Origin: Bifidobacterium longum subsp. longum JCM 1217
Lineage (GTDB): Bacteria; Actinomycetota; Actinomycetes; Actinomycetales; Bifidobacteriaceae
NCBI RefSeq assembly: GCF_000196555.1
Contig: NC_015067.1
Coordinates: 1,650,001-1,682,000 of the forward strand
Direction: 5' to 3'
DNA: 32,000 nucleotides
Positions 13,276-21,213 of this stretch are shown piece after piece. The notes under the pieces were generated by a model. It had not been told where the DNA came from. It did not search any database and worked only from the letters and a program-made list of their open reading frames with translations. A program made the position numbers and the translations under genes. The first letter of the stretch is position 1; every line of letters begins with the position of its first letter.

Positions 13276-15708
13276 ATGACCGTTGCACCCCATTCCTTCG
13301 ACGCCGACGAGTTCCACGATTCTGCCGAACCTCACGCTTCCGCCGAGCCTGCCTCCCCCGCCGCCGTGCTCAAGGACATTCGTTTCAGCTATGACCGCGG
13401 CACCTCATGGGCTTTGGATGGCGTTTCACTCACGGTCCATGCCGGCGAGCGCCTATGCTTGGTCGGTCCGAACGGGTCGGGCAAATCCACGTTAGCCCGT
13501 CTGATTGCGGGATTGACCGCGCCGGACGGTGGTGAAGTGACGTTACTGGGGCAACGCGTGTACGCAGCCGGCCCGAATGCCGATGCCTATCGTGCTGCCC
13601 GCCACGGCATCGGTATGGTGTTCCAGAATCCCGAGGATCAGCTGGTCACCACCGTGTTGGAGGATGACGTGGCCTTTGGCCCGGAGAATCTCGGGCTGGA
13701 GCGCGAGCTCATCGGCGAGCGTATCGTTGATTCATTGCAGGCCGTGGGGTTGGCGAACTTACGCCAGTCCGACCCGACCCGTATGAGCGGCGGGCAGCAG
13801 CAACGCGCCTCCATCGCCGGCATGCTGGCCATGAACCCGGCAATGCTGGTATTGGATGAGCCGACCGCCATGCTGGACGAATCCGCACGCGCCGAAGTTA
13901 TGCGCATTTTGGATGATTTGCAGGCGCGCGGCACCACTATTGTGCATGTCACGCATCATCCAGATGAAACCGTTCATGCCGATCGCATCGTGCACATGGA
14001 GGCCGGGCGAATCATTGGTATCACTGCAGCCGTCGATAATCGATCCCCGCTAGCGGAGGCTGTCTCGCAAAGCGAGACTGAGGGTAGTATCGGCACAGAA
14101 GCCGCCCCCAGTCGCCCTACGAACGACAGCCCCCGCCAGCGGGAGCGCGAAGACGGCTCCGAACTGCCGCTGCTCTCCGATGGCATCGGTGATATGACGA
14201 ACCCCATTATTCGCGTCTCGCATCTGACCTATCGCTATCCTTCGGCCAAACGGGCGGTTATCGATGACCTGTCGTTCACCATCGCGCGCGGTGAAACCGT
14301 GGCACTGATGGGCGTGAATGGTTCGGGCAAGTCGACGCTGGTGCGCATGTTGTGCGCACTGACTGCGCCGACCGCCGGCAGCATCGAAGTGGCCGGTGTT
14401 CCGGTGGCCTCGACCGGCAAGCGCGGTCGCAACGTGCGCCCGAAGTCGGCGAATCGCAAGCAATTAGCGCAATTGCGCCGGCATGTGGGTTACGTGATGC
14501 AGCATCCAGAGCATCAGCTGTTCGCTGACACGGTAGCCGAGGACGTGGCGTACGGCCCACGCAACCAAGGGCTTGGCGAGACCGAGGTAGCCGACCGCGT
14601 GCGCGAATCACTGGAACTGCTGCATATCGGGCATCTTGCCGACCGCTCCCCCTTCGACCTGTCCGGCGGGCAACAACGATTGGCAGCCATTGCCGGCGTG
14701 CTGGCTTGCAATCCTGACGTGCTCATCATGGACGAGCCGACCGCGAGTCTGGACGCCCAAGCCAAGAAGCGTATCCATGAGCTGTTGCGCACGCTCAAAT
14801 CGCGTGGCGTGACCGTGCTCATCATCACCCATGACCGGGAGGAGGCCGAGCAAATCGCCGACCGCGTGGTCCGTATGCCGATTGCCGCCCCCGCATCCGG
14901 CGGCCCCGTCACGGCCACCGTCACCGAGCCGGCCGTATCCTCCAACGGCCCTGCGCACTCAGTGATACACCGACTTGACCCGCGCGTGAAGATGGTGGGC
15001 TTCCTGGCCGCCATGTTCACGATGTTCGCGGTGAACACGCCAACCCAGCTCGCGCTGGGCATCGCCATCACTCTGGCCGTTATCGCGGCGGCACGCCTGA
15101 ACCCGTTACGGGTGCTTGAATCCATTCATCCGATTCTGATCCTGCTGGTGCTGATGGGCGTGGTCAATCTGTTTGTGGTACGCACCGGCACGCCGGTGGT
15201 GGCGCTTGGCCCGCTAAGCATCACCGATCAGGGCGTGACCATAGCCGTGCTGTACGCCTGCCGTTTCGCATTGGTAATCATTCTGGGCGCGGTGTTCCTC
15301 ACTACCACCACGCCTACCGCCATGACCGACGCCTTCGCCACCTTGATCAGTCCGCTCAACCGGCTCGGTATCCATGCCCAAGAAATCGCGCTGGTCATGA
15401 GTCTGGCATTACGATTCATTCCAACGCTGACCGACGAAACCCGCGCCATCGTCGACGCCCAATCCGCGCGTGGCGGTTCCATCGAAACCGGTTCACTGGC
15501 CCAGCGCATCAAGGCGATGAGCGCGATTATCGTGCCGATTTTCGCCGGCACGTTGCGTCACGCGGACAACCTGAGCCTCGCACTTGACGCCCGCTGCTAC
15601 GAGGAGGGCATCCGCCGCACCCACTGGCGTGCCCTGACCATCGCCGCGCGAGATCTCATATTCGCCGCTGCCGTCATCATCTACATCGCGGCCATCATCG
15701 CGCTGTAG
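13276..15708 (+). CDS. Single-polypeptide ECF energizing module: EcfA - EcfA' - EcfT fusion
   Basis: 810 aa. Domain 1 has GPNGSGKST / MSGGQQQR / LVLDEPTAMLD. Domain 2 has GVNGSGKST / LSGGQQRL / LIMDEPTASLD. The C-terminal ~250 aa is a multi-TM EcfT (CbiQ-like) with RLDPRVK and the coupling-helix motif ALRFIPTLTDETRAIVDAQSARG. There are no stops or frame changes between domains. The linkers are Ser/Pro/Glu/Ala-rich. Confidence 0.9.
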   Translation: MTVAPHSFDADEFHDSAEPHASAEPASPAAVLKDIRFSYDRGTSWALDGVSLTVHAGERLCLVGPNGSGKSTLARLIAGLTAPDGGEVTLLGQRVYAAGPNADAYRAARHGIGMVFQNPEDQLVTTVLEDDVAFGPENLGLERELIGERIVDSLQAVGLANLRQSDPTRMSGGQQQRASIAGMLAMNPAMLVLDEPTAMLDESARAEVMRILDDLQARGTTIVHVTHHPDETVHADRIVHMEAGRIIGITAAVDNRSPLAEAVSQSETEGSIGTEAAPSRPTNDSPRQREREDGSELPLLSDGIGDMTNPIIRVSHLTYRYPSAKRAVIDDLSFTIARGETVALMGVNGSGKSTLVRMLCALTAPTAGSIEVAGVPVASTGKRGRNVRPKSANRKQLAQLRRHVGYVMQHPEHQLFADTVAEDVAYGPRNQGLGETEVADRVRESLELLHIGHLADRSPFDLSGGQQRLAAIAGVLACNPDVLIMDEPTASLDAQAKKRIHELLRTLKSRGVTVLIITHDREEAEQIADRVVRMPIAAPASGGPVTATVTEPAVSSNGPAHSVIHRLDPRVKMVGFLAAMFTMFAVNTPTQLALGIAITLAVIAAARLNPLRVLESIHPILILLVLMGVVNLFVVRTGTPVVALGPLSITDQGVTIAVLYACRFALVIILGAVFLTTTTPTAMTDAFATLISPLNRLGIHAQEIALVMSLALRFIPTLTDETRAIVDAQSARGGSIETGSLAQRIKAMSAIIVPIFAGTLRHADNLSLALDARCYEEGIRRTHWRALTIAARDLIFAAAVIIYIAAIIAL

Positions 15709-15779
15709 GGCGGCAAACAGCGCAGACAGCACCGGTTGCTATGCTGGTGTGGTTATACGAAAGATGTAAGGAAATTCCC

Positions 15780-16085
15780 ATGGCATTGACCAAGAAGCAA
15801 ATCAAGCAGCTGCGCGCGATGGCGAACTCGCTGAAGCCCCTGTTCTATGTGGGCAAGAACGATTTGACCGAGTCGGCCGTCAATCAGGCCGATGAGACCA
15901 TTGAGAAGCACGAGCTCATCAAGTGCGCCGTGCAGGACGGTTCTGGCCTGACCGCCAAGGAAGCCGCCGCCGAGCTTGCCGAGCAGCTGAACGCCGAAGT
16001 GGTGCAGTCCATCGGCAATCGTTTCGTGCTGTTCCGTCGCTCCCGGCGCGACGATGTGGAGCATATCCGCTTGGTGCGCGAGTAA
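15780..16085 (+). CDS. yhbY: YhbY-family (CRM domain) RNA-binding protein
   Basis: MALTKKQIKQLRAMANSLKPLFYVGKNDLTESAVNQADETIEKHELIKCAV... is the classic YhbY pattern (L....R..L...AH.L.P.v.iGk.Gl......e.....H.ELiKv). RBS AAGGAA lies upstream of the ATG at 15780. The track ORF starts 39 nt earlier. Confidence 0.85.
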   Translation: MALTKKQIKQLRAMANSLKPLFYVGKNDLTESAVNQADETIEKHELIKCAVQDGSGLTAKEAAAELAEQLNAEVVQSIGNRFVLFRRSRRDDVEHIRLVRE

Positions 16086-16113
16086 TGTTCGCCCCGCTCG
16101 ATCCCGTAGCTTG

Positions 16114-16166
16114 ATATGAGTAATGGCGGTTGGAATCAGTCCGATTCCAACCGCCATTACTCATAT
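16114..16166. terminator. Perfect 24-bp-stem hairpin between convergent genes (yhbY + / holin-like -)
   Basis: ATATGAGTAATGGCGGTTGGAATC (16114-16137), loop AGTCC, then GATTCCAACCGCCATTACTCATAT (16143-16166). There are no mismatches and no flanking U-tracts. Confidence 0.6.
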
Positions 16167-16183
16167 TCGCCCAGCGAGCACCG

Positions 16184-16549
16184 TCACTGATCCAAGATGG
16201 ACCCGACGATTCCCGCAACAATGGTCAGGACCAAGGACCCCAGTACCGACCACCAGAAACCGTGTACGAAGACGCCCACGCCGAACAGACTGACCGCCAG
16301 CCAGCTGGCGAGTCGCATGAACAGCCAATTGATAATCAAGGTGACCAGCCCGAGAGACAGAATCGCAAACGGCAGTGCGATCAGATGCACAATCGGCTTG
16401 ATTGACGCATTAATCAGCGCCATGAACAAAGCGAACGCGGCGATGCCGAGAATCGGAGGCTCCCCCACCGGGGTCATGCCGGGAGTCACCGCGACCATGA
16501 CGGCGGCGGCGATAGTCATAATCAACCAGCTGGTCAGGAAACTTCTCAT
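16184..16549 (-). CDS. Small 4-TM membrane protein, phage-holin-4_2 / DUF360 (YvlD-like) family
   Basis: 121 aa. Four hydrophobic helices with the characteristic ...ALINASIKPIVHLIALPFAILSLGLVTLIINWLFMRLASWL... segment. Confidence 0.8.
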   Translation of the reverse strand: MRSFLTSWLIMTIAAAVMVAVTPGMTPVGEPPILGIAAFALFMALINASIKPIVHLIALPFAILSLGLVTLIINWLFMRLASWLAVSLFGVGVFVHGFWWSVLGSLVLTIVAGIVGSILDQ

Positions 16550-16658
16550 GGCCCAATCGTAGCGCGGCAGGTTTTACTATTGGGCAAAACATGAGATGAT
16601 GTTGTGCAGAAACGGTAAGAAGGTATTGCCGTTCCCGATTGAGAGGGGACTGACCCGC

Positions 16659-17276
16659 ATGACTGATAATCAACAACAACCGTACGGTTCGGACAGTGTT
16701 CCGCAGCCGGCACAGCCCGCACAGCCGGCACAACCGTCTTACGGCCAAGATGCCGCACAGCAGCCGCAGGGCTATGGCGCCCCACAGCCCGCCGCATACG
16801 CTCAACCCGCCGCCGGAAGCTACGGCCAGCAGCAACCGCAATACGGCCAGCCCGCCGGCGCATACGCTCAGCCTCAGTACGGCCAGCCGCAGTACGGCCA
16901 GCCCGCACAGCCCGCAGCGGGCTACGGCCAGCAGCCCGGCTATGGACAGGCTTACCAGCAGCCGAACGCCTACGCGCAGCCGCAATACACCGCCGCTCCG
17001 TATGCCGCCGCCCCGGTGGGGCAATCGTCCAAGTCCAAGCTGGCTGCCGGCCTGTTGGGCATCTTCCTCGGCGGACTTGGTGTGCACAACTTCTATCTCG
17101 GCAACACCGGCAAGGCCGTGGCCCAGCTGCTGCTGACGCTTGTCGGCTGGATTCTGCTCGGACTTGGCCCAATCGCAGCCGCCATCTGGGGCTTTGTTGA
17201 AGGCATCATCATTCTGTGCAGCAAGCCCGGCTCACCGTGGCATAAAGACGCCAACGGCTACGAACTATCAGACTGA
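16659..17276 (+). CDS. TM2-domain membrane protein with a long Pro/Gln/Tyr/Gly-rich N-terminal low-complexity region
   Basis: The C-terminal KSKLAAGLLGIFLGGLGVHNFYLGNTGKAVAQLLLTLVGWILLGLGPIAAAIWGFVEGIIIL is a TM2 domain (G.hrFYlG motif). The ATG at 16659 has RBS GAGAGGGGA about 9 nt upstream. The N-terminal ~120 aa are QPQYGQP-like repeats. Confidence 0.8.
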   Translation: MTDNQQQPYGSDSVPQPAQPAQPAQPSYGQDAAQQPQGYGAPQPAAYAQPAAGSYGQQQPQYGQPAGAYAQPQYGQPQYGQPAQPAAGYGQQPGYGQAYQQPNAYAQPQYTAAPYAAAPVGQSSKSKLAAGLLGIFLGGLGVHNFYLGNTGKAVAQLLLTLVGWILLGLGPIAAAIWGFVEGIIILCSKPGSPWHKDANGYELSD

Positions 17277-17370
17277 AACTAACCTCGGGCCACGTTCATT
17301 GGGCCCCTGATCAACCACGCCTCTGCAGGTATCATCTCGATGCCGCAGTCGCAGCGGGATGCGACACGCC

Positions 17371-17410
17371 GGCCGTGTACATGAGTTCATGTACACGGCC
17401 GTTTTCTTTG
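17371..17410 (+). terminator. Rho-independent terminator after the TM2-domain gene
   Basis: GGCCGTGTACATGA-GT-TCATGTACACGGCC followed by GTTTTCTTTG. Confidence 0.75.
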
Positions 17411-17701
17411 TTGCTTTCACCCTCAAAACAAACATTTATCATGTTCACTTTTGCAAGATATGAACATCAGACATCACAGACTACCATAACTTCCCAATTG
17501 CATTACCAATAGATTAATAACCGGCAAAACGGCTTATATCCGCCATTTTTCATGCTAGGCTTTGAAACCAGCACATCAACAAAGTGCACAATCCTTTTCT
17601 ACAGAGAAGGTAACATGTTGTTCAATTCATATGTGAATCGAACAATGCCAGTACTTCCCTAGGTGCTTGCTTGGGGAACGCCATGCTGAAAGGAACACAT
17701 T

Positions 17702-18121
17702 ATGGCGGAGGGAAAAGTCATCATCGTCAACCCGGATATGTTCGGCAAGGACCCGGATTCGAAAACAACCAAGGCCAATGAAGTGGCCAAGAGCTTCGGC
17801 CTGAGCGACGCGGCGTTGGCCGAGGTCGAGGACTTCAAGGCACAACTCACCAAACACAACGCCTGGGATCTGCCGTTCATGGGATACGTCAACGAGGATG
17901 GCTACGGTTACGCCTACGTGCCCGGTGCCGCCGTGGTGTACGACCCGTACTGGGACGCCCACCAAGCATTCCTGGCGCTGCCTAAGGACGTGCAGACCAC
18001 ATTCGCCATTCGTATGCTGTTCACGCACCGTCCGGTCGACCGCTATGGCGCCAGCATGTTCCTGCATTACCAGCGTGGCTTCAACGTGAAGTTCGAGGGT
18101 ATCGGCGCGAACCAGTACTGA
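17702..18121 (+). CDS. Hypothetical protein (139 aa), no family recognised
   Basis: RBS AAAGGAA lies 6-7 nt upstream of the ATG. Composition resembles the neighbouring genes, and a strong hairpin follows. The sequence MAEGKVIIVNPDMFGKDPDSK...YDPYWDAHQAFLALPKDVQTTFAIRMLFTHRPVDRYGASMFLHYQRGFNVKFEGIGANQY has no TM segment and no signal peptide. Confidence 0.65.
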   Translation: MAEGKVIIVNPDMFGKDPDSKTTKANEVAKSFGLSDAALAEVEDFKAQLTKHNAWDLPFMGYVNEDGYGYAYVPGAAVVYDPYWDAHQAFLALPKDVQTTFAIRMLFTHRPVDRYGASMFLHYQRGFNVKFEGIGANQY

Positions 18122-18158
18122 TTGGTACTGACTATCAACCATCTTTTTCGGATTGCCC

Positions 18159-18198
18159 GATAAGGGGCGTATAACAACGGTGTTATACGCCCCTTATC
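18159..18198. terminator. Perfect 18-bp-stem hairpin between convergent genes
   Basis: GATAAGGGGCGTATAACA-ACGG-TGTTATACGCCCCTTATC. It is preceded by TTTTTCGG and followed by TGTATTC. Confidence 0.65.
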
Positions 18199-18245
18199 TG
18201 TATTCAGTGTCAGGCGATGGCCGCCCGCCGCCCGACACAGGCGAA

Positions 18246-19232
18246 TCAGTATCGCACGAGATTCAACAGTTCCTGCTGTTTGGCATAGCGGGAAACGTTG
18301 GTCAGGGCGATGCGGATGATGTGTTCGGAAGTCTTTTCCAAATGATTGCCGCCGGCCACATGCGGGGTGATCAGGCAATGCGGCTCATCCCACAACGGAC
18401 TTTCCGCCGGCAACGGCTCAGGCTCGGTGACGTCCAATCCGGCACCGTGGAGCCGTCCATTGTGCAAGGCGTCAGCCAAGGCCTCGGGATCGATGGCGTC
18501 GCCACGCCCGGCATTAATCACGATGGCTGTGGATTTCAGACGACCCAGACGATCCGCATTCAGCAGATGATGGGTCTGCGGCGAGCGCGGCACCGCCATC
18601 GCCACCACGTCTGCCAATGGCAACAGCGTCTCCAGCCGCTCGAAGCCATACATCTTTTCAATGCCCTTGGCCGGCACGTCCGCATGACGGCGCACGCCGA
18701 AAGTACGCATACCTACGGATTGGGCAAGCTGAGCGAAATGCGACCCGATGTCACCGACGCCGATAATCAGCGCGATGCCACCTTCCGGGCTCAATACCGG
18801 TCCTTCATCCTGCCACTGATGATCACGCTGATTGGAGGCATACCGGCTGAGGTTCTTCATCAATGCCCACATGGTGGCGAACATGTGTTCCGACACGCTT
18901 TGGCCATACGCGCCGCTCGCATTGGTGACCATGGTGCCGCGAGGCAGCACACCCGGGCAGATGTACGCATCCACACCGGCGCTGAAGGTCTGCAACCATT
19001 CAAGACGGGTGTATTGGGAAGCCTGCGAGACCGGAAAGTTGCCGATGACTGCGGTAGCTCGGGAGCGAAGCTCCTCGGGAACAGCGGCCGACCAGACCAT
19101 GTCGCCGCGGTGCGCTTCGTCGCCCACGAATTCCTGCGGCACATCGCGAGCCGCCTTGGCGAAAGCCCGCCGTTCTCCTTCGTTGAGTGGCAGGCAGTTG
19201 ACAATCAGCTTATGCGTGTTCTCAATACCCAT
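18246..19232 (-). CDS. D-isomer-specific 2-hydroxyacid dehydrogenase family (NAD-binding)
   Basis: Rossmann motif IIGVGDIGSHFAQLAQSVGMRTFGVRR. Catalytic region VINAGRGDAIDPEALADAL..GRLHGAGLDVTEPEPLP...PHCLITPHVAG. Confidence 0.9.
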   Translation of the reverse strand: MGIENTHKLIVNCLPLNEGERRAFAKAARDVPQEFVGDEAHRGDMVWSAAVPEELRSRATAVIGNFPVSQASQYTRLEWLQTFSAGVDAYICPGVLPRGTMVTNASGAYGQSVSEHMFATMWALMKNLSRYASNQRDHQWQDEGPVLSPEGGIALIIGVGDIGSHFAQLAQSVGMRTFGVRRHADVPAKGIEKMYGFERLETLLPLADVVAMAVPRSPQTHHLLNADRLGRLKSTAIVINAGRGDAIDPEALADALHNGRLHGAGLDVTEPEPLPAESPLWDEPHCLITPHVAGGNHLEKTSEHIIRIALTNVSRYAKQQELLNLVRY

Positions 19233-19530
19233 GGTTCACCAAACTAGGCGGCAGGGCAGATATTATCGCGGTTTCCTCATGCTGAACCAATGCCGAACTG
19301 CTACCGGACCAATGCCGAATCCGCCCCATCAAACCCCACCAAACCAAGGGACAACCCATTGCGCATCGACCGTAGCGTCCGCCCCGAACCGTACACTCAC
19401 AGGTGGTTTTGTGATTCCATAGCGTGCAGCCAAGGCAGTACGATTGCCGGTTTATCCGCACGCACAGGTACCTACGCCGGTTGGTAAACCTTACATTCCA
19501 TACCTTGCAACCGAACGTTTAGGAGCATGT

Positions 19531-20988
19531 ATGCCTGAGCAGCATATTGATAACGAGAAGATTCCCACACGTCTTATCGGCGCGATTGTGGCTGTCGGCT
19601 CACTTGCCTTCATTGGCATTCTGACCGAAACCGTGATGACCGTGCTTTTCCCCGCACTGATGCGCGAATTCCATGTCGACACGGCCACTGTGCAATGGAT
19701 TACCACGATTTATCTGTTGGCGGTGGCCGCTACCATGCCCATCAGCTCGTTTTTGAAGCGCCGATTCGCGCTGAAAACCATTTTTCTTGCGGCTGTGATT
19801 CTGGCCATCGTTGGCTCGCTGATCATGATCGTCGCCCAAGCCTTCCCGCTGCTGATTGTCGCCCGCATTATTCAGGGCATTGGCTCAGGCGTGGCCACGC
19901 CGTTGATGATCAACATCATCCTGGAGCAGTCTCCTCGTTCGAAAATCGGCCGATTGATGGGCGTAGGATCGCTGGTCATTACCGTGGCTCCGGCCATCGG
20001 CCCGACCGTCGGCGGCGCGGTGACCACAGTGCTGCCGTGGCGCGCGATTTTCGTCATCGCCATTCCGCTGGTGCTAATCGCAGCATGCATCGGCATGAAG
20101 TGCATTGAGCAGAAGACACCGACCGAGGCTGCCTATCTTGACCCGATTCAGCTTGGGTCCATTGTTGTCGCGTTGGTCGGTCTGGTGCTGGCGCTCAACC
20201 AAGGTGGCGTGGCCATCAGTGCGGCGGTGTCCGGCAAGTCAGCCACACGCTCCGGCATTATCGCCATTGTCAGTCTGATTGCGGGCCTCGCCTTGTTGAT
20301 CGTGTTCGCCATGAGTTCCAAGCGTGCCTTCTCCCCGCTGCTGCGCCTTGGCATTCTCAAGGATCCCGCCGTACTGTTACACGCCTGCGCATATCTGCTG
20401 CTGCCATTGGTCGCCATCGGCTACGGCTATGTCATCACCAATGTGGCACAGCTCTCGCTCGGTACCACGGCATTTGTGGCCGGCTCTCTGGTACTGCCCG
20501 GAGCACTGGTCGGCGCTGTCTGTGCCCCGCTTGGCGGCTGGTTCTACGATAAGTTCGGCGCGGTCAAGCCGATTCTGATTCCGATCGGCATCGCTATTTT
20601 GGGCCCAGTGCTTATGCTGGTGTTCTCGATGCAGCTTACGCCCTTGCTGCTCGCCGGATTCTATTTCATTTTCGGTCTGTTCTATTCCATCGGCAATGCG
20701 AATGTGATGACCAGTGGCCTGTCGGAGGTCTCTCCCGAGTTCAAGCCGGACGGCAACGCCATTTTCAACACGTGTCTTCAGTTTGGCGGCGCTGCCGGTA
20801 CCGCACTGTTCTCCACGATTCTTTCCGTGGCTCAGGCCGGCGCAGGAGAAGAAGGCACCGCTGAGTTTGCTCACGCCACTGCCGTCGGCGGCACATGGAC
20901 GTTTGCCACGATGACGGTTATCTGCCTGATTGGCTGGTGCTGTCTGGCCACCGCGTTCCGCATTCGCGCGGCACGTAAGCGTGCATAA
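19531..20988 (+). CDS. MFS transporter, 14-TMS DHA2 (EmrB/QacA-like) drug:H+ antiporter type
   Basis: About 485 aa from the ATG at 19531 (RBS AGGAG 5 nt upstream). About 14 hydrophobic helices. MFS motif-like IVARIIQGIGSGVATPL. The track ORF starts 87 nt earlier without an RBS. Confidence 0.85.
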   Translation: MPEQHIDNEKIPTRLIGAIVAVGSLAFIGILTETVMTVLFPALMREFHVDTATVQWITTIYLLAVAATMPISSFLKRRFALKTIFLAAVILAIVGSLIMIVAQAFPLLIVARIIQGIGSGVATPLMINIILEQSPRSKIGRLMGVGSLVITVAPAIGPTVGGAVTTVLPWRAIFVIAIPLVLIAACIGMKCIEQKTPTEAAYLDPIQLGSIVVALVGLVLALNQGGVAISAAVSGKSATRSGIIAIVSLIAGLALLIVFAMSSKRAFSPLLRLGILKDPAVLLHACAYLLLPLVAIGYGYVITNVAQLSLGTTAFVAGSLVLPGALVGAVCAPLGGWFYDKFGAVKPILIPIGIAILGPVLMLVFSMQLTPLLLAGFYFIFGLFYSIGNANVMTSGLSEVSPEFKPDGNAIFNTCLQFGGAAGTALFSTILSVAQAGAGEEGTAEFAHATAVGGTWTFATMTVICLIGWCCLATAFRIRAARKRA

Positions 20989-21024
20989 ATCCGATCATCA
21001 ATAGAGTCCCAGCTTTCCAAACAC

Positions 21025-21067
21025 GTGTGGGGCGTGCCCCGGGAGAACCCCGGGGCACGCCCCACAC
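21025..21067. terminator. 19-bp-stem GC-rich hairpin downstream of the MFS gene
   Basis: GTGTGGGGCGTGCCCCGGG-AGAA(C)-CCCGGGGCACGCCCCACAC, 37 nt after the MFS stop. There is no U-tract on either side. Confidence 0.5.
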
Positions 21068-21213
21068 GCTAATGAAAGGAAGAAAAGGAGAAAGAAAGCT
21101 TTGGCGGGCAGTGCCGGCTGCTGTGACCTTGCCATCACAGCAGCCGGGCTGATCCCGCCTATTCAGTTATGGTGTGTGTCGTATTCGGTGCGGAGACCGA
21201 GCGGGCAAGCCCG

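Noticed and set aside
16184-16549. A holin-family gene as an indicator of a prophage or lysis cassette
   Set aside because: No endolysin, integrase, capsid, tail or terminase genes are nearby. I see no att-like repeats and no compositional shift. To my knowledge DUF360/YvlD-type proteins are common stand-alone chromosomal genes.
16410-17172. 225-aa and 208-aa ORFs on the - strand
   Set aside because: Both are antisense to the repeat-rich TM2-domain gene. They are Arg/Leu/Ala/Cys-rich translations of the same low-complexity DNA, and the + frame ends in a recognisable TM2 domain.
18153-19247. 364-aa ORF on the + strand
   Set aside because: It is antisense to the 2-hydroxyacid dehydrogenase gene, which carries clear Rossmann and catalytic motifs. 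It also runs through the 18159-18198 hairpin.
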